This document shows, piece after piece, positions 24,208 through 36,256 of a DNA stretch of 64,000 nucleotides. The translations under genes were made by a program, and so were the position numbers. The notes under the pieces were generated by a model. It was given only the letters and a program-made list of their open reading frames with translations. It searched no databases and was not told the DNA's origin. This DNA comes from Puccinia triticina (lineage: Eukaryota), in contig CP110440.1 of NCBI GenBank assembly GCA_026914245.1, positions 1,736,001 to 1,800,000 of the forward strand. Reading direction: 5' to 3'. How positions within the stretch are numbered: position 1 is the first letter of the stretch; every line of letters begins with the position of its first letter.

Positions 24208-25278
24208 TCAACAGCTAAAAACTAAATCCTCCCATTCCTCCCAAAAGGTGGCATAAGCTTCTCCTAGCAGTTTTTGCTCCTCCCGTACGGCCCAACTAAA
24301 TCCTTCCAAGCTAAATTTTCCGCAGGCACCAACCATCCTTGCTATTGCTCTGGCCAAGAATTCTTCCTCCTCTTTTTCTCTGTCTCTACATGAATCCCAT
24401 AATCTTTGATTACTCAGATACTTGTAACCAATGTCACCCCCTGAATACAAATTTTTCCTGTCCTCTTCATGGATCCACCAATGGCCTGGCCAAATCAACT
24501 CGTTCTTCAGATACGCTTCCACCCCATCACCATTCAACAACATCATGAAACCAATTCGCCCGGCCGTATACCCTGGAAGCTCCGCCCAATACCCGTTTGC
24601 CATTGACGGAAGTGTTTCTGGGTATATTCGTAAAAAGTCTTGGGTGGGAAACCCTTGATCTATATAATCCAATCCTAATGCACTGTTCACCTTGTAGTTG
24701 CGTATTCGTCCTGATGAAGTATATGTGGGACAGTCTGTCCAACTAGTATCCCAATTCAGTACTTGATCCAAGTTTTCTGTTATCCATCCATCCTCAGGTT
24801 CCCCCTTAAGCTCGCCTGCTGGAGGTGCCGTAGTACTGCTAGGTTCAAGGTCCCAGGTATTTTTCAGCTCTACCATTTCCACCGGCGTACCAAAATAATA
24901 TGAAATATCATCTGAAGGGGTGTTTGGAGGGCACATTGTTTGTTGTAAATCCTCTTTTGGCTCTTTTCTAATAGACCAGGTGGTACACAATTGATTATTC
25001 TCTCCACCATTTATCCCCTTATCCGCTCCATTATAGGTTACGCTATCCGCTCCGTTGTTGGTTATGCCCTCTTCTCCGTTGCCTGTCCCGCTCGCCAGTC
25101 CACCATTGATTAAACTATCCATTCCTCTGTCTGTTACGCTACCCGCTTGTCCGTCCGTTACGCTATCCGCTCGTCCGTCCGTTCCGCTATCCGCTCGTCT
25201 GTCCGTTCCTGAAGTCTGATACCGGCCCACTTGAATACTATGAGAACATTTATCAGCAATCCTTCTAGGCGGTCCCAT
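24208..25278 (-). CDS. 356-aa ORF of unknown function, in frame with gag-PR across a single TGA
   Basis: Open frame with 8-aa repeats then a Trp/acidic-rich region. Junction GGA TGA GAG ATG. Confidence 0.55.
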   Translation of the reverse strand: MGPPRRIADKCSHSIQVGRYQTSGTDRRADSGTDGRADSVTDGQAGSVTDRGMDSLINGGLASGTGNGEEGITNNGADSVTYNGADKGINGGENNQLCTTWSIRKEPKEDLQQTMCPPNTPSDDISYYFGTPVEMVELKNTWDLEPSSTTAPPAGELKGEPEDGWITENLDQVLNWDTSWTDCPTYTSSGRIRNYKVNSALGLDYIDQGFPTQDFLRIYPETLPSMANGYWAELPGYTAGRIGFMMLLNGDGVEAYLKNELIWPGHWWIHEEDRKNLYSGGDIGYKYLSNQRLWDSCRDREKEEEEFLARAIARMVGACGKFSLEGFSWAVREEQKLLGEAYATFWEEWEDLVFSC

Positions 25279-25281
25279 CTC

Positions 25282-27939
25282 TCATCCTGGAACTTCTGGA
25301 GCACAGATGGGTATACACAACCTCTCTCCATCCCACAACTCATAACTCAGGATTTCTCCTCGTGACTTGGACAACTTCAGACGTACTTTGTGATCCGCCA
25401 AAAATGGTCTTCCCAACACTGTATACACTTTGCCTCGAACAATGAAGAAATTAGCCGCCTTGTTGTCCTCCAGGTCTATATGAAATGGAATAGATTCTGC
25501 TAAGCCAACAATGGGTGAAGAATGACCGCCAATACCCGTAATATTCATACTGATTTCCCTGGTGGGCAGTTTTAACTGCAGCGCAACCGTTTCCGGCATA
25601 ATATTCAGTTCAGCTCCACTATCCACTAATGCCTTAATTTTTTGTCCTTGAATAGTTATGTTCACAAATCCCAACAGGCATGCGTAATTCAAAGGTGCTG
25701 TTGGGTGAATTGGACGTCCTCTACAGTCAAATTCTTCCTCAAAGTCATTCCGGTTGCATCTTCCTGAATTCTGTTGTCGATTTGCCATCTTGACCTCTCC
25801 TGCCGGCAGATTATTCAAGTCTTGGAGAAACTTTGGTGCAATTAGCAAGAGTTCCTCCAAGGTGAGTGTGAAACTTTGCTTCAGTATTTTCTTCCTTAAT
25901 CCCCCCCCAACTTTGACTCTATCCACATTCTTCTCCGTTGATTCTTTTGCTGATTCCTCCTCTTTGCTTTCCGCTTCTTTCTCCGGTAGCCGCTCCTGTT
26001 CCTGGTTCTCCTCGCCTTCGCTGCTTCCGTCCTCCGATGTTCCTTCCACCCATGCTCCTGGATAACTTGACCTCCTCTTACGTCCTGCTACTGGCTTTTT
26101 GTTGGCTTCTTGATTTGGCGCTGGGGGCTTAGGTATAGCTTCTTTGGGTTTTTCCACTTTCTCCGGTTTGGATTGAGTTGGCTGACTTTCTGTTTCTTTC
26201 TCCTTTTCTGCATTTCTAGGTGATCTTCTCAAGCCAAACCCAATCTGAATTTCCTCATCCTCCTCGCCGTAATGCATCTCTGGTGGACTCCACATCTCCC
26301 ATCGGTTAGTCGAAATCATGGTTGCTGTTGGCTCATGCGATTTCTCCAATCCCGTGTCTCCTGCCGCCATATTAGCTCGTATTTCCGCTCCTTCCCTGCT
26401 TAACTCAACCCGCTCCGCGTATCGCCGTACCAGTTCCCGAATAGAATCCCCTGTGTCCGATGGAATTGGTTCCTTGTTGGGATAGTAATAGTTTGGACCT
26501 GACTTGAATACTGCCCGCTTGGTTATGTCTTCACTCAGATGTGAGCAAAACATGACTGTATGGTCCATCTCCTTACAATAAAAACACTGAATTGGTGGCC
26601 GTGAGAACAGTGGTCCTCCTGGTCCTGCCGGTCTAAATCCTGGTGCTGACTGTCTTGGTGCTGCTAAATGAGGTGGGAAAGGTCTAGAATTTGGGTTAGT
26701 ATTCAAGTTAGTATTCAAATCCGTACGTAATTTCTTAATTTCCTCCTCCAATGCCTTTACCTTATCATTCCCCGCCTCTGGCTGGGGTTTTGCTTGACCT
26801 TCCTTGTTGTTTTCTGGATCCTTGCTGACATTCTTACCTTTTGTAGTACCCACATCCATATCCAATACCGCCAATGATGCCTCCACGTACTCCTTCAACT
26901 GTTCCAGCTTAGGTACCAGTGCCTTTCCGTCCTTGGTCTTGCGTAATTTCTTATTATGCGCCATATCACGTGCCACGTCTCGCCGTATCTCCGTTGAAAT
27001 TGCCTTCCAAAGTGGTTCCCCACTCTCCGTGTTAACGTCCTCGTATCCCATCTTCTTCAAGTATGCCAGTATTTCCTCAAGATCACCTATAAACGACCGG
27101 TACTCCTCCTTTGTTTGGATGCCACCCTTGTCTGCATACTTTTCAACCAAGGTGCCTATTGAGCCCTCATTGAATCGCCTTTTTGGTGTTGCCCTTCCCC
27201 ATTTTCGAATGAGTTCCCTCTTCAGCAACTCCCAATCCCGGTTCTCATGGCCCTCCATGTTCTCAATACATTCACTAATCTTCCGGTCCTTCACCAAGAA
27301 TGGCAATTGTAAAGCCACATCTTGTCCACCAGCTTTTTGCATTGAAGCTATCTTTTCCACACGCTGAATGAACAACTCCACTTCAGTCCCATCAAAATGT
27401 AAGTTCATCTTCTTAGTATCTAGTAAAACACCCTTTTCCTCGTCCACTAACTTGATCTCAGCTCGTGATTTGAACTGACTAGAGTTTGGTGTTGATCCAG
27501 GTGTTTCCCCCACGCTATCTGTAATTCCTTGAATGGTGGTGTCCAAACCCACTGCCCCTGGTGTAAATGGAGTTGACATTGTAAATCGAAGTGATGGTCC
27601 TTGTTGAACTGGAGTTTCAGGTATTGGTACATTTTGAGTTGAAGTTGTAAATCGAAGTGATGCTCCTTGTTGAACTGGAGTTTCAGGTATTGGTACATTT
27701 TGTGGTGCCTTCTTCTCTGCTAGCCATGCTGCCATCATTTCCTTTAGCCCCTTCACTTCTTCAGTCAACCCAGTAATCCTTACTTGCTGTTCCTGAATGA
27801 TTTCTGACTGATCTTGCCCTGGTGGATCCATGATGGGTAATTGCTGATATCCAATCAGTTGCTTTTCCAAATCTTCTGACTTCTTCCTGGTGACTTGATC
27901 ACAATATTCACTAAGAAATTCTCTCTCTTGCTCCGTCAA
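25282..27939 (-). CDS. gag: Gag (zinc knuckle) plus aspartic protease
   Basis: CFYCKEMDHTVMFC knuckle and ALVDSGAE protease. Aligns by eye with ORF 55604-57763 (FDGTEVELF vs FDGTNVERF). Confidence 0.9.
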   Translation of the reverse strand: MTEQEREFLSEYCDQVTRKKSEDLEKQLIGYQQLPIMDPPGQDQSEIIQEQQVRITGLTEEVKGLKEMMAAWLAEKKAPQNVPIPETPVQQGASLRFTTSTQNVPIPETPVQQGPSLRFTMSTPFTPGAVGLDTTIQGITDSVGETPGSTPNSSQFKSRAEIKLVDEEKGVLLDTKKMNLHFDGTEVELFIQRVEKIASMQKAGGQDVALQLPFLVKDRKISECIENMEGHENRDWELLKRELIRKWGRATPKRRFNEGSIGTLVEKYADKGGIQTKEEYRSFIGDLEEILAYLKKMGYEDVNTESGEPLWKAISTEIRRDVARDMAHNKKLRKTKDGKALVPKLEQLKEYVEASLAVLDMDVGTTKGKNVSKDPENNKEGQAKPQPEAGNDKVKALEEEIKKLRTDLNTNLNTNPNSRPFPPHLAAPRQSAPGFRPAGPGGPLFSRPPIQCFYCKEMDHTVMFCSHLSEDITKRAVFKSGPNYYYPNKEPIPSDTGDSIRELVRRYAERVELSREGAEIRANMAAGDTGLEKSHEPTATMISTNRWEMWSPPEMHYGEEDEEIQIGFGLRRSPRNAEKEKETESQPTQSKPEKVEKPKEAIPKPPAPNQEANKKPVAGRKRRSSYPGAWVEGTSEDGSSEGEENQEQERLPEKEAESKEEESAKESTEKNVDRVKVGGGLRKKILKQSFTLTLEELLLIAPKFLQDLNNLPAGEVKMANRQQNSGRCNRNDFEEEFDCRGRPIHPTAPLNYACLLGFVNITIQGQKIKALVDSGAELNIMPETVALQLKLPTREISMNITGIGGHSSPIVGLAESIPFHIDLEDNKAANFFIVRGKVYTVLGRPFLADHKVRLKLSKSRGEILSYELWDGERLCIPICAPEVPG

Positions 27940-30900
27940 ATCCCCCTATTCCCACTCCCTGGTGTTGTAATCCAGACTTAAATCCAAACCCCACCACGTA
28001 CGCCAAATCCTATCCCGTCTTTCACTTGCTGATGATATCCTATCCTCGTCCTGATCCTCGCCGTCCACTCCTGAGATCCTGTTCTTGCCGTTATCCGTTC
28101 CTGAAATCCTGTCCTCGCCGCCGTCCACTTGACTATCTTGATCCTCCGTTAGTTGAAGTTACTGATGATCTTCTTAAATTGTTTGATGACTTGATGATCT
28201 TTCCAAAGGTAATCGGCCACTGTTGGGACACCAGATGTAGGGACTCTTGTGGGACACTAAATGTTTATTTGGTGAAAATATCCTCTGAGGGGGAAATAAA
28301 TTGCTAATAGGTTGAAAGGCTATTACAACTTACGGGTGGTTTGAAAGACCTGCCCCTCTAATGGTACTATGCAAATAACTAAGAGTCTTGTAATCAATAT
28401 TTATAAAGATGTGGCTGATTCCAAGATAGATCTTACTTTTGTATAGTAATCTCTATCAGACCTAGATTCCTCAAATCACTATTCTTGCAGATCTGTTACA
28501 ACTTCTGATGCTGGAGGGATAATGTAATCCAGTGGGATCAATTATGTAAAATACAATTGTTGTTGATGTTGGGTTGTTGATGAGAAGGTTGGTAATGATC
28601 TCTTCCTTAAGCAATCTCTTGATAAGGCACTTTAATCAATACTAGAGCTCCTGGTTGCTACTACACTACTACTACTTGTTATAATTGTTGTTGATGAAGT
28701 TGGTAATAATCTCTTCCTTAACAATCTCTTGATAAGGCACTTTAATTACTACTAGAGCTCCTGACTACTACTACTACTACTGACTCAAACTTAACACTAC
28801 CACTACCACTACCACTACCACTAAAATACCACTAAACTACCACTGTAACTAAACTAACCACTGTGACCAAACCTCTGTAGGCTGATGGGGAAAAGATCTG
28901 ATGAGGGGGGGAAAGAGGCCTCCTTATATATTGAAGGGTGAGGGAATTTAGCTCCAGGGGAACTCCTTGTAAGGGCTATTTTCTGCAGGGGATATCAGTT
29001 GCACAGCAAGATATGCATGTGTTGCACTGCCTGCCAAACAATTAGGTAATGGATTCTGCAGGAGGGGATATCAGTTGCACAGCAATATATGCATGTGTTG
29101 CACTGCCTGCCAAAGAATGATGTAACTGATTCTGCAGGCAGGCTCCTTGAACACCTTATCTGCCTGCATATGCTGCACTGCATGATATCATGTGTTGTTA
29201 GGTGACCCAAACAACCTTCCGTAACCTACCATATGCCTGCATGTCCAGCTGTTGCCTTCTTCCATCCAGAATATTGGGGGTCAAAGCCTCTCCTCCCACC
29301 TTGCTCCATCCTTCCTTCTTCCTCCTCCCTAATTAATACTTACATCCATATCCCATCATACTGAATCCTAGACCCTTATAAAGTAATATACCACCCTTAT
29401 AAAGATAATATACCCTTACACAAGTAATATACCCTTATAACACTGCCTTACTTGATACACCACACCATCCTCCCTTCCATTCCTGGTTGAGACATGTGCT
29501 CCCAATACCTTCCACCTCTTCTATTGATAACATCCTTCCACCTCCCTGCCATCCTACCTAGTCATGGTCCTCCATTCCATCCCTGATCACGCCGTCCATC
29601 CTACATGATCCTAGTCTGCCGTTCCGTCCGTGCTAACACTATCCCTCATCCATCTGTCTGTATCTGTAATGAATCCATTCCTCCCATCAACACATACACT
29701 GCTTGTATTATATATAACTTCCTCCTCTTATAATGAATGATAGCTGTATCTATGCTGTCTCAATACCTCTGCAATGTGCTTTTGGCATTGTCACGCCAAT
29801 GGAGCACCACACCGTCCATCAACCTCATCCCAAAACTCGAGGACACCAACTTCTTCGAGTGGAAGAAGACGATAACCGGTCATCTCACCGCCATGGGGAA
29901 ACAAAAATTCATTGAAAAGGAAGTTGCCCGATCCAAAGCTGAAGCCGAAGCCAAGATCTTTATCCAAGAACGCGCGCAGGTCCTCCAGGCCATCCGATTA
30001 ACGATCAACAAAGAGAACCGTTCCGCAATTATCCATTTTGACGATCCATACTGGGCATTTAAGGCTCTCAAAGAAAAGCACGGCTCAAATGACGCTTTCA
30101 TGATTGCCAGCACCATCGCAGACATTGTGCACCTCAGATTTGAAGACACGGCTTCGTTGGACGATTATGTCTCGCAGATTCGATCTCTTCACAACCGACT
30201 CAACAACATGACCAAAGAGAATGAAGCTTTCCAACTACCGGATAATGTTCTAGCAATCTTCATGGTAATCAACCTTCCCATGGACAAATTCCGACACATC
30301 ATACAATCCCTATTCTCCAATAAATCCGTCAGCGTGAAGCAGGTTGTCAGCCATCTAAACTCTGAAGCAGCTCTAGTCAAAAGCTCAAACGCGAAGGAAA
30401 CCGCTATGTTTGGGGCCAGATACAAACCCACAGGGCGACTTCGCAACAACGATCGATGTTCCATCCACAAGTTTAGCTCCCACACGAATGCTGAATGCAA
30501 CACTCAAAAGAGAAAGGCAAACGGAGCATCCACCTCAACAAGCGGAGCATCCACTTCAAAGCCCAGACTGCCATCAGCCCACGCAGCCACCATCAATGAA
30601 CCTATCGCTGCCAAAGATACCTCGGAAGTAGCCTCATGCATGGTTGAGAACGCGTACGTGGTCATTCACAATCCGGAAATTGATTACTACTCTTTTGCCG
30701 GCGAATTCATAGCAGACTTGGGGGCCAGTATACACTTGGTAAACAACTATAACATGTTAATCAATCCTGTCAAATGCGAGCCAAAAATGATCAACACAGC
30801 AAAATCGAAAACCCGTGTCAAAGTCAACATCAAAGGCAGCGTACGTGTCATGGCCACCAACAACTTTGACCAACGAGTTTACATAGATCTTCCAAATGTC

Positions 30901-33900
30901 TTCTACTGCCCGGATCTAACCGCCAACCTTCTATCAATCAAACAAATCATCAATTCCGGAGCGGATGTGCAATTTGTGGACAACACCATGATCATCGAAT
31001 TCAAAAACGAGGACGTACACATCAAATCAGTAACTCGAGGAAACAATCTGTGGACCGTCAGTGCTATCAACCCACCCCCTCCCAATTTTGTCGGTTTGTG
31101 TGCTAACATATGGCACGCTCGATTTGGTCATCCTTCAACAGGTACCCATTGAAGGTACCCTGTGGATGGAGGTAAACTCCCCAACCGCCCCGATCTTTGT
31201 GAACATTGCGTAAAGGGAAAGCTCCAGAGGTCTCCTTTCAAATCCCTACTACCCATTTCCTCTCGTCCATTGTACCGTATCTATTCCGATATCCTAGGAC
31301 CTATGCCTGTTCCCACCAACTCTGGTTATCGCTACATCCTCACTTTCATCGATTGTCACACACGATACAATAAAATTTTCCTCCTCAAAAAGAAGTCTGA
31401 CACATTTTCCTGCTTCAAAGAATATGTTGCTAGCGTTGAAAACCTCATGTCTAACTCCCAACATCGTGTATCTATACTTCATACGGACCGAGGAGGGGAA
31501 TACAACTCAGCCTCTTTTATTGACTTCCTGAAAACAAAAGGCATATCTACTGAGCAGGCCCCTGCTAACACTCCGCAACAGAATGGAGTTGCAGAGTGTT
31601 TCAACAAAACATTAATGCAGAAGGTGCTAGCCATAATGAGTGCTGGTAAGCTCCCCAAATGGCTTTGGGGGGAAATCGCTATGGCGGCATCCTTACTCAT
31701 AAACATCGCACCTTCCAGTGCTATCAAATCTGACACTCCATACCGCCTTTGGCATTCCTACAGTGATTCCACTGGATCACACCACAAATTCGACTACTCT
31801 TTCCTCCAAACAATTGGGTGTCGTGCATACACACAAATCAAAAAGGAGAAACGAGATAAGCTCTCACCCAAGGCTGCCGATCTTGTACTGATTGGATATG
31901 ATGCTATCTCAAAGGCATATCGGCTCCTAGACCCTGAAACAAAGAAAGTCACAGTATCCAGGAATGTTGTTTTTAATGAAAACAAATTCCCCTTTGCCTT
32001 GGAAAAGAACATAATACCGAAGGAGATATGCAGCGTTGATGTTAGTGATAGCCTACTTAACTCCTCAAATGCTGTGCAACCCGCCGCGGCAGACTCGACA
32101 CATGACCACGAGGAACAAAGAAACGGTGAAAAGCGCACTCAGGACCAGAACTCTCCTTCTCCCAAAGAAAGACAAGAAAAAATCCCATCTGGTTTTCGCC
32201 CTGATCCCACTGATATTCCCATCGCTTTTTCCCGACCATCCAGATCCTGCGGAAAACCCAACTACTACGGTAACCCAGTAGCTCATATGTCGCAAACCAA
32301 TTTGGACGAACCCACATACTGACAAGCAATGGCGTCAGCAGATAGAGATAAATGGATTGCGGCTATGCAAGACAAATTCAATTCTCTCGTCCAACACAAC
32401 ATCGGGCAATTAGTGGATCTACCTCCTGACGCTCACCAAATCGGTGGTATGTGGCGCCTGAAGATCAAACGCGATCAATTTGGCGAAATTATCAAGTACA
32501 AAGCTCGATGGGTAGCGTTTGGAAACAATCAAATCCCGGGGATTGATTTCGACCAGACCTTTGCATCAGTTGGAATTCCGGACACGCTTCGAATTCTTTT
32601 CACCCTGACCGTTAATGAGAACCTCAAAATGGAGCAATTCGACATATCCACAGCATTCCTTAATGGCCAAATGGAACACTCGGTATACATACAGCAGGTA
32701 ACAGGATTTAAAGACTCTGCATACCCACGTCGTGTTATTCGTCTTGACCAGTCTCTCTACGGTACCCGACAGGCACATAGGCAATTCAACGCTGATCTAA
32801 AGGAAAAACTTACGAATCTCGAATTCAGCAGCTCTTTTGAAGATGACTCCTTATACGTACGCCGCGAGGGACCCAACTTTGTAATCATCCACATGCATGT
32901 CGACGACAGTCTAGTTTTCTCCAATTCTAAAGGATTGCTGGCTAAATTCAAGGAGGAATTCAAGAAGTGCTACTCCCTGAAATGGAATGAGAATCCATCA
33001 CTCCACCTCGGAATCAAGATAACACGCGATCAACAAAACAATACTATAGCTATATCCCAAGAGCATTACCTCAAGGAGGTTCTCAAACGTTTCGAAATGT
33101 CCGACTGTAACCCCAACTCGACCCCTCTCCCGAATAACATAGCTTTAGTAAAAGCCAACGCAGTAGACAACTCTATACCTTATCAACAAGCGATTGGTTG
33201 TCTTACCTACGCAGCAATCTGCACCCGGCCTGATATCCTATATGCTGTCAACTACCTGGCTAGGTTTTCCTCTTGCTACGACCGGTCTCATTGGACTGCA
33301 GTAAAGCACCTCCTCCGTTATGTCAAAGGCACTCTGGACCGAGGCATCATTTTTTGCAAGACGGAAGATTCACCGAAATCCAAGATTACCGCCTATACGG
33401 ATGCCGACTACGACTCATGTATCATCACTCGCCGATCCACCACCGGACATGCTATCATGTGGCGTGGATGTCTTATCTCCTGGAAGAGTAAACGACAACG
33501 CACGGTTGCGCTATCAACCACAGAGGCCGAATACATGGCGATATCCGATGCCGCTAAACATCTCCTATGGATGCGTCGTATGATATCGTACATAATACAA
33601 GCCCCCATGGATCCAGCCAATGTCATCACTGAAATGGACCTTTTCAATGACAACAACGGAGCAGTATTTCTATCTCAAGAATCGGCAATCAATCAAAGAT
33701 CTAAACACATCAACATCCAATACCACATCATCCGCGACTTAGTCAAAATGAAGAAAATTGAAACCAAACACATTGACACCAAGTCCATGCCCGCCGATAT
33801 GTTAACCAAAAACGCTGGGGTGATTGTCATTAATTGATGCCGAAAAATATTCAACAACATCGCTATCCACGAATTACCCGAATAATTCCGAGCAGGGGGG

Positions 33901-36172
33901 GCTGTTGTAACCCTAAACCTGGTTACCGATTGAATGCTCAGAAATTATACTCACCACTCATCACTCACGCTCAACAACACTCACCTGAACAGATCAAACT
34001 GAAACACTGAATGTTGTCTAAAATACTCAGTTATTTTCCCATTCTAGTTTTGTCTCTCAACAGTCTTTGTACGATCAACATGCTCATTTCCTATTTCCTT
34101 TATCTCTCACTCTGACCGCCTCCAACCTCTTGTATATAAATAGTGCTCTGTTTGTACCTGTTTGCTTCTCAGGCTTGTCAAAATTTAAGACCATTTACAT
34201 ACACTTCCACAGTCACTGACTCCGCGAGTCACACTCCCTTTCAGTACTGCGTACTCCCTTTCATCCAAGCACCTTGTGCCTATCTGCCCTCGCTAGAGTA
34301 GGCTCTTCAATGAGCGGCTGAACGGTCTTTGTGAGCTTTTATCCTCTTTGATGACCGGTTCAGTTGGTCATCGAGAGGTATCCTCTTCAATGACCAGCTG
34401 ACCGGCGGGTACCCGTCCAGGTACCCGCCGTCCTTCCCACCAGAATTCTGGACACCCGCACCCGCACCCGGCACCCGCCGGCGGGTACCTGTAGGGCCAA
34501 ACGGGTACCAGGTACCCGGCAACAAGTACCCGTTTGCCATCTCTACAGGATCCAAAACTAATGATATTACAAAGGGTATTGTAGATCAAAGAAAAGGGAT
34601 GGGGGGGGGGGGATGGAAATATTACATAGATGGGGACAGCTTGGGTGGTCCCAGAAATAGAAATGAAAACTAGAAGGAATTTGGTCCAAAGACCCATGTG
34701 CTATGTTGATTATAAAAAAGTGCCCGCCAAAAGTTGAAATTTTCTCAGGCCCCAGGGTAGACATAGCGCGTAAGTCCCTCCTTTGGAGGTCGCTTTGCTC
34801 CCCCAAGGAGGAAAATTAGCTAAGTTAGTGGCCTGGCAACCATACAGGCGTACTGCCATTTCAAAAGTTCAATTCCTCAAATGTTGGATTTCTGAAATCT
34901 CAAACACCCCTCCCGGGTGTGTTTGAAGAGTTTTGAACCAATTTTGAAATGAAAAGAAATCAAAACAAAGTTGGTTTTGATTTCAAAATAATTTCAAAAT
35001 AATCTCAAAATAACGTTTGTAATTGGGGCCTAAGCCAATACTTGTGGTGAGCGGGTCTGGGAGGCAGCCCAGTCTCACCAGAGAGGCTTACGTGCAAAAT
35101 CACAAAGCTTGCGTGAGCCAAGCGTGATGTAGAGCCCTGTTTTAACAGTTTCTCTTCTCGCGTCTATGCCACTCACCCCAATTTTTTGTTTTTTGTTTTG
35201 TTTTTCTGACTGTTTGCCATGTCAGTTATTTTTTCATATTTTTTTTATTGTTGTATTCACATTCCATCATTTTTGAAAACAGATCCCAACAACCTAAGAC
35301 TCATGATTCCAATGGTGGATACACAGATCAATGGTGGCGATAATCAGCCAGACACGCTCCCACCAATGTTGCCGTTAGATGCAATCGGTAGCACAGAAGA
35401 CCCCTTAACCTTTGAAAATGTATCCAAAAACCACACCAAAGAGTTATTGTTGGGAAGGTCTGGACAAGTGCTCAAGAACAAATTCCAACTGACCTTTGTT
35501 AAGAACTAGAGGTCAAGGCGGCTTTGCCGCTGCAAATTCAATGGCCCTCCCTCCACTTTCAATCACCCCTTCCCTTAACAGGCTAGCCATATTAGATTGG
35601 CAAAAATGATTTTAAATCTGGCTAAGTAGGCTGTTGTGAAGTATCCCCCATTCACTGCTAAGGAACACACACTCCATTGCATCCCATGCATGCAAAAAAT
35701 TCAAATTTCTCATTCAAATCAATTTCATGCAACAAAAAATGGATTGCACAAGTCTTAATCTGAATAAGTCAAGCCACAATGTTTTTGTGGGACTGATTAA
35801 TTTATAGCAAAAATGATTAAAGAATCCAAGGACAATTTGATTATGATTCATCTAATCACTTCATACTCTTCCATATCCAAGCAATCTCTCTCCATGATCC
35901 CCGCTGTCTGGTTGTGTGACCCAGTCCGTCTGGAGTTTGATCAACGTTGCCGGGAGGAGGGCCCCAGGGTGTTATGAGCCGTAGCGCGGGCTCCGCAGCG
36001 CAGACTCACATGTACATAGACTACACGTACATGTCATGGACCATACTCAAGGTTCGAGAGGCTGGAGATCCAAGCCTCTTCCTCATCCTGCAATCTACCA
36101 TATTGGATCCAGAACTCCCAGAACCCCAGAACCCAGACCCCATCTTCCTCTCCACAGAACAGACCTTAACAT

Positions 36173-36182
36173 ATTGCAGGAT
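36173..36182 (+). promoter_or_regulatory. Self-priming PBS (Tf1-type)
   Basis: ATTGCAGGAT is the exact complement of ATCCTGCAAT at 36085-36094 inside the LTR; no TGG tRNA PBS is present. Confidence 0.75.
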
Positions 36183-36256
36183 CTACTTAACAGAGACGAA
36201 GACCAAGAACCAGATCGCTCCGACTCCGAAACCTTGAACATCCCGACTTTGAAACC

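Larger units (their letters stand above)
20052..29811 (-). mobile_element. Non-autonomous Gypsy-type LTR element (gag-protease, no RT/RH/IN)
   Basis: 1576-bp LTRs at 20052-21627 and 28236-29811 with no difference seen. TSD CCGT. PBS-like TGGTGTCCCAACAGTGG and a PPT (G-run at 21628-21637) on the minus strand. Confidence 0.93.
20018..33885 (+). pseudogene. Copia gag-pol polyprotein (ATG 20018, split at codon 12 by the Gypsy insertion, resumes 29816)
   Basis: MANNALNPLNP|SINLIPKL junction. Motifs WHARFGH, HTDRGGEY, KARWVA, HVDD, STTEAEY. In-frame TGA at 31150, 32320 and 33835, all in one frame. Confidence 0.9.
19415..34297 (+). mobile_element. Full-length Ty1/Copia retrotransposon, interrupted and inactivated
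   Basis: 395-bp LTRs at 19415-19809 and 33903-34297 (about 8 differences), TSD GTAGG, PBS GGTTATGAGCCC, PPT at 33890-33902, domain order gag-PR-IN-RT-RH. Confidence 0.95.
18647..34545. mobile_element. Non-autonomous hAT element (~1 kb when empty)
   Basis: TIR TAGAGATGGCA / TGCCATCTCTA, 8-bp TSD CAGGATCC, internal minisatellite. Confidence 0.9.
18111..34828. mobile_element. Non-autonomous Mutator/MULE-type element
   Basis: ~100-bp imperfect TIRs (CTACCTTAACTAAGT / AATTAGCTAAGTTAG) and 9-bp TSD TGGCCTGGC at 18102-18110 and 34829-34837. A sister copy lies at 42174-42741. Confidence 0.8.
17505..35030. mobile_element. Non-autonomous PIF/Harbinger-type element (outer shell of nest)
   Basis: TIRs GGCCCCATTTATAAAC / GTTTGTAATTGGGGCC, TAA on both flanks, TTTTGAAA-rich subterminal repeats. 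Confidence 0.75.

Noticed and set aside
29737..29811. N-terminus of the 471-aa ORF as a real start or signal peptide
   Set aside because: It is LTR sequence of the inserted Gypsy; the true Copia start is at 20018.
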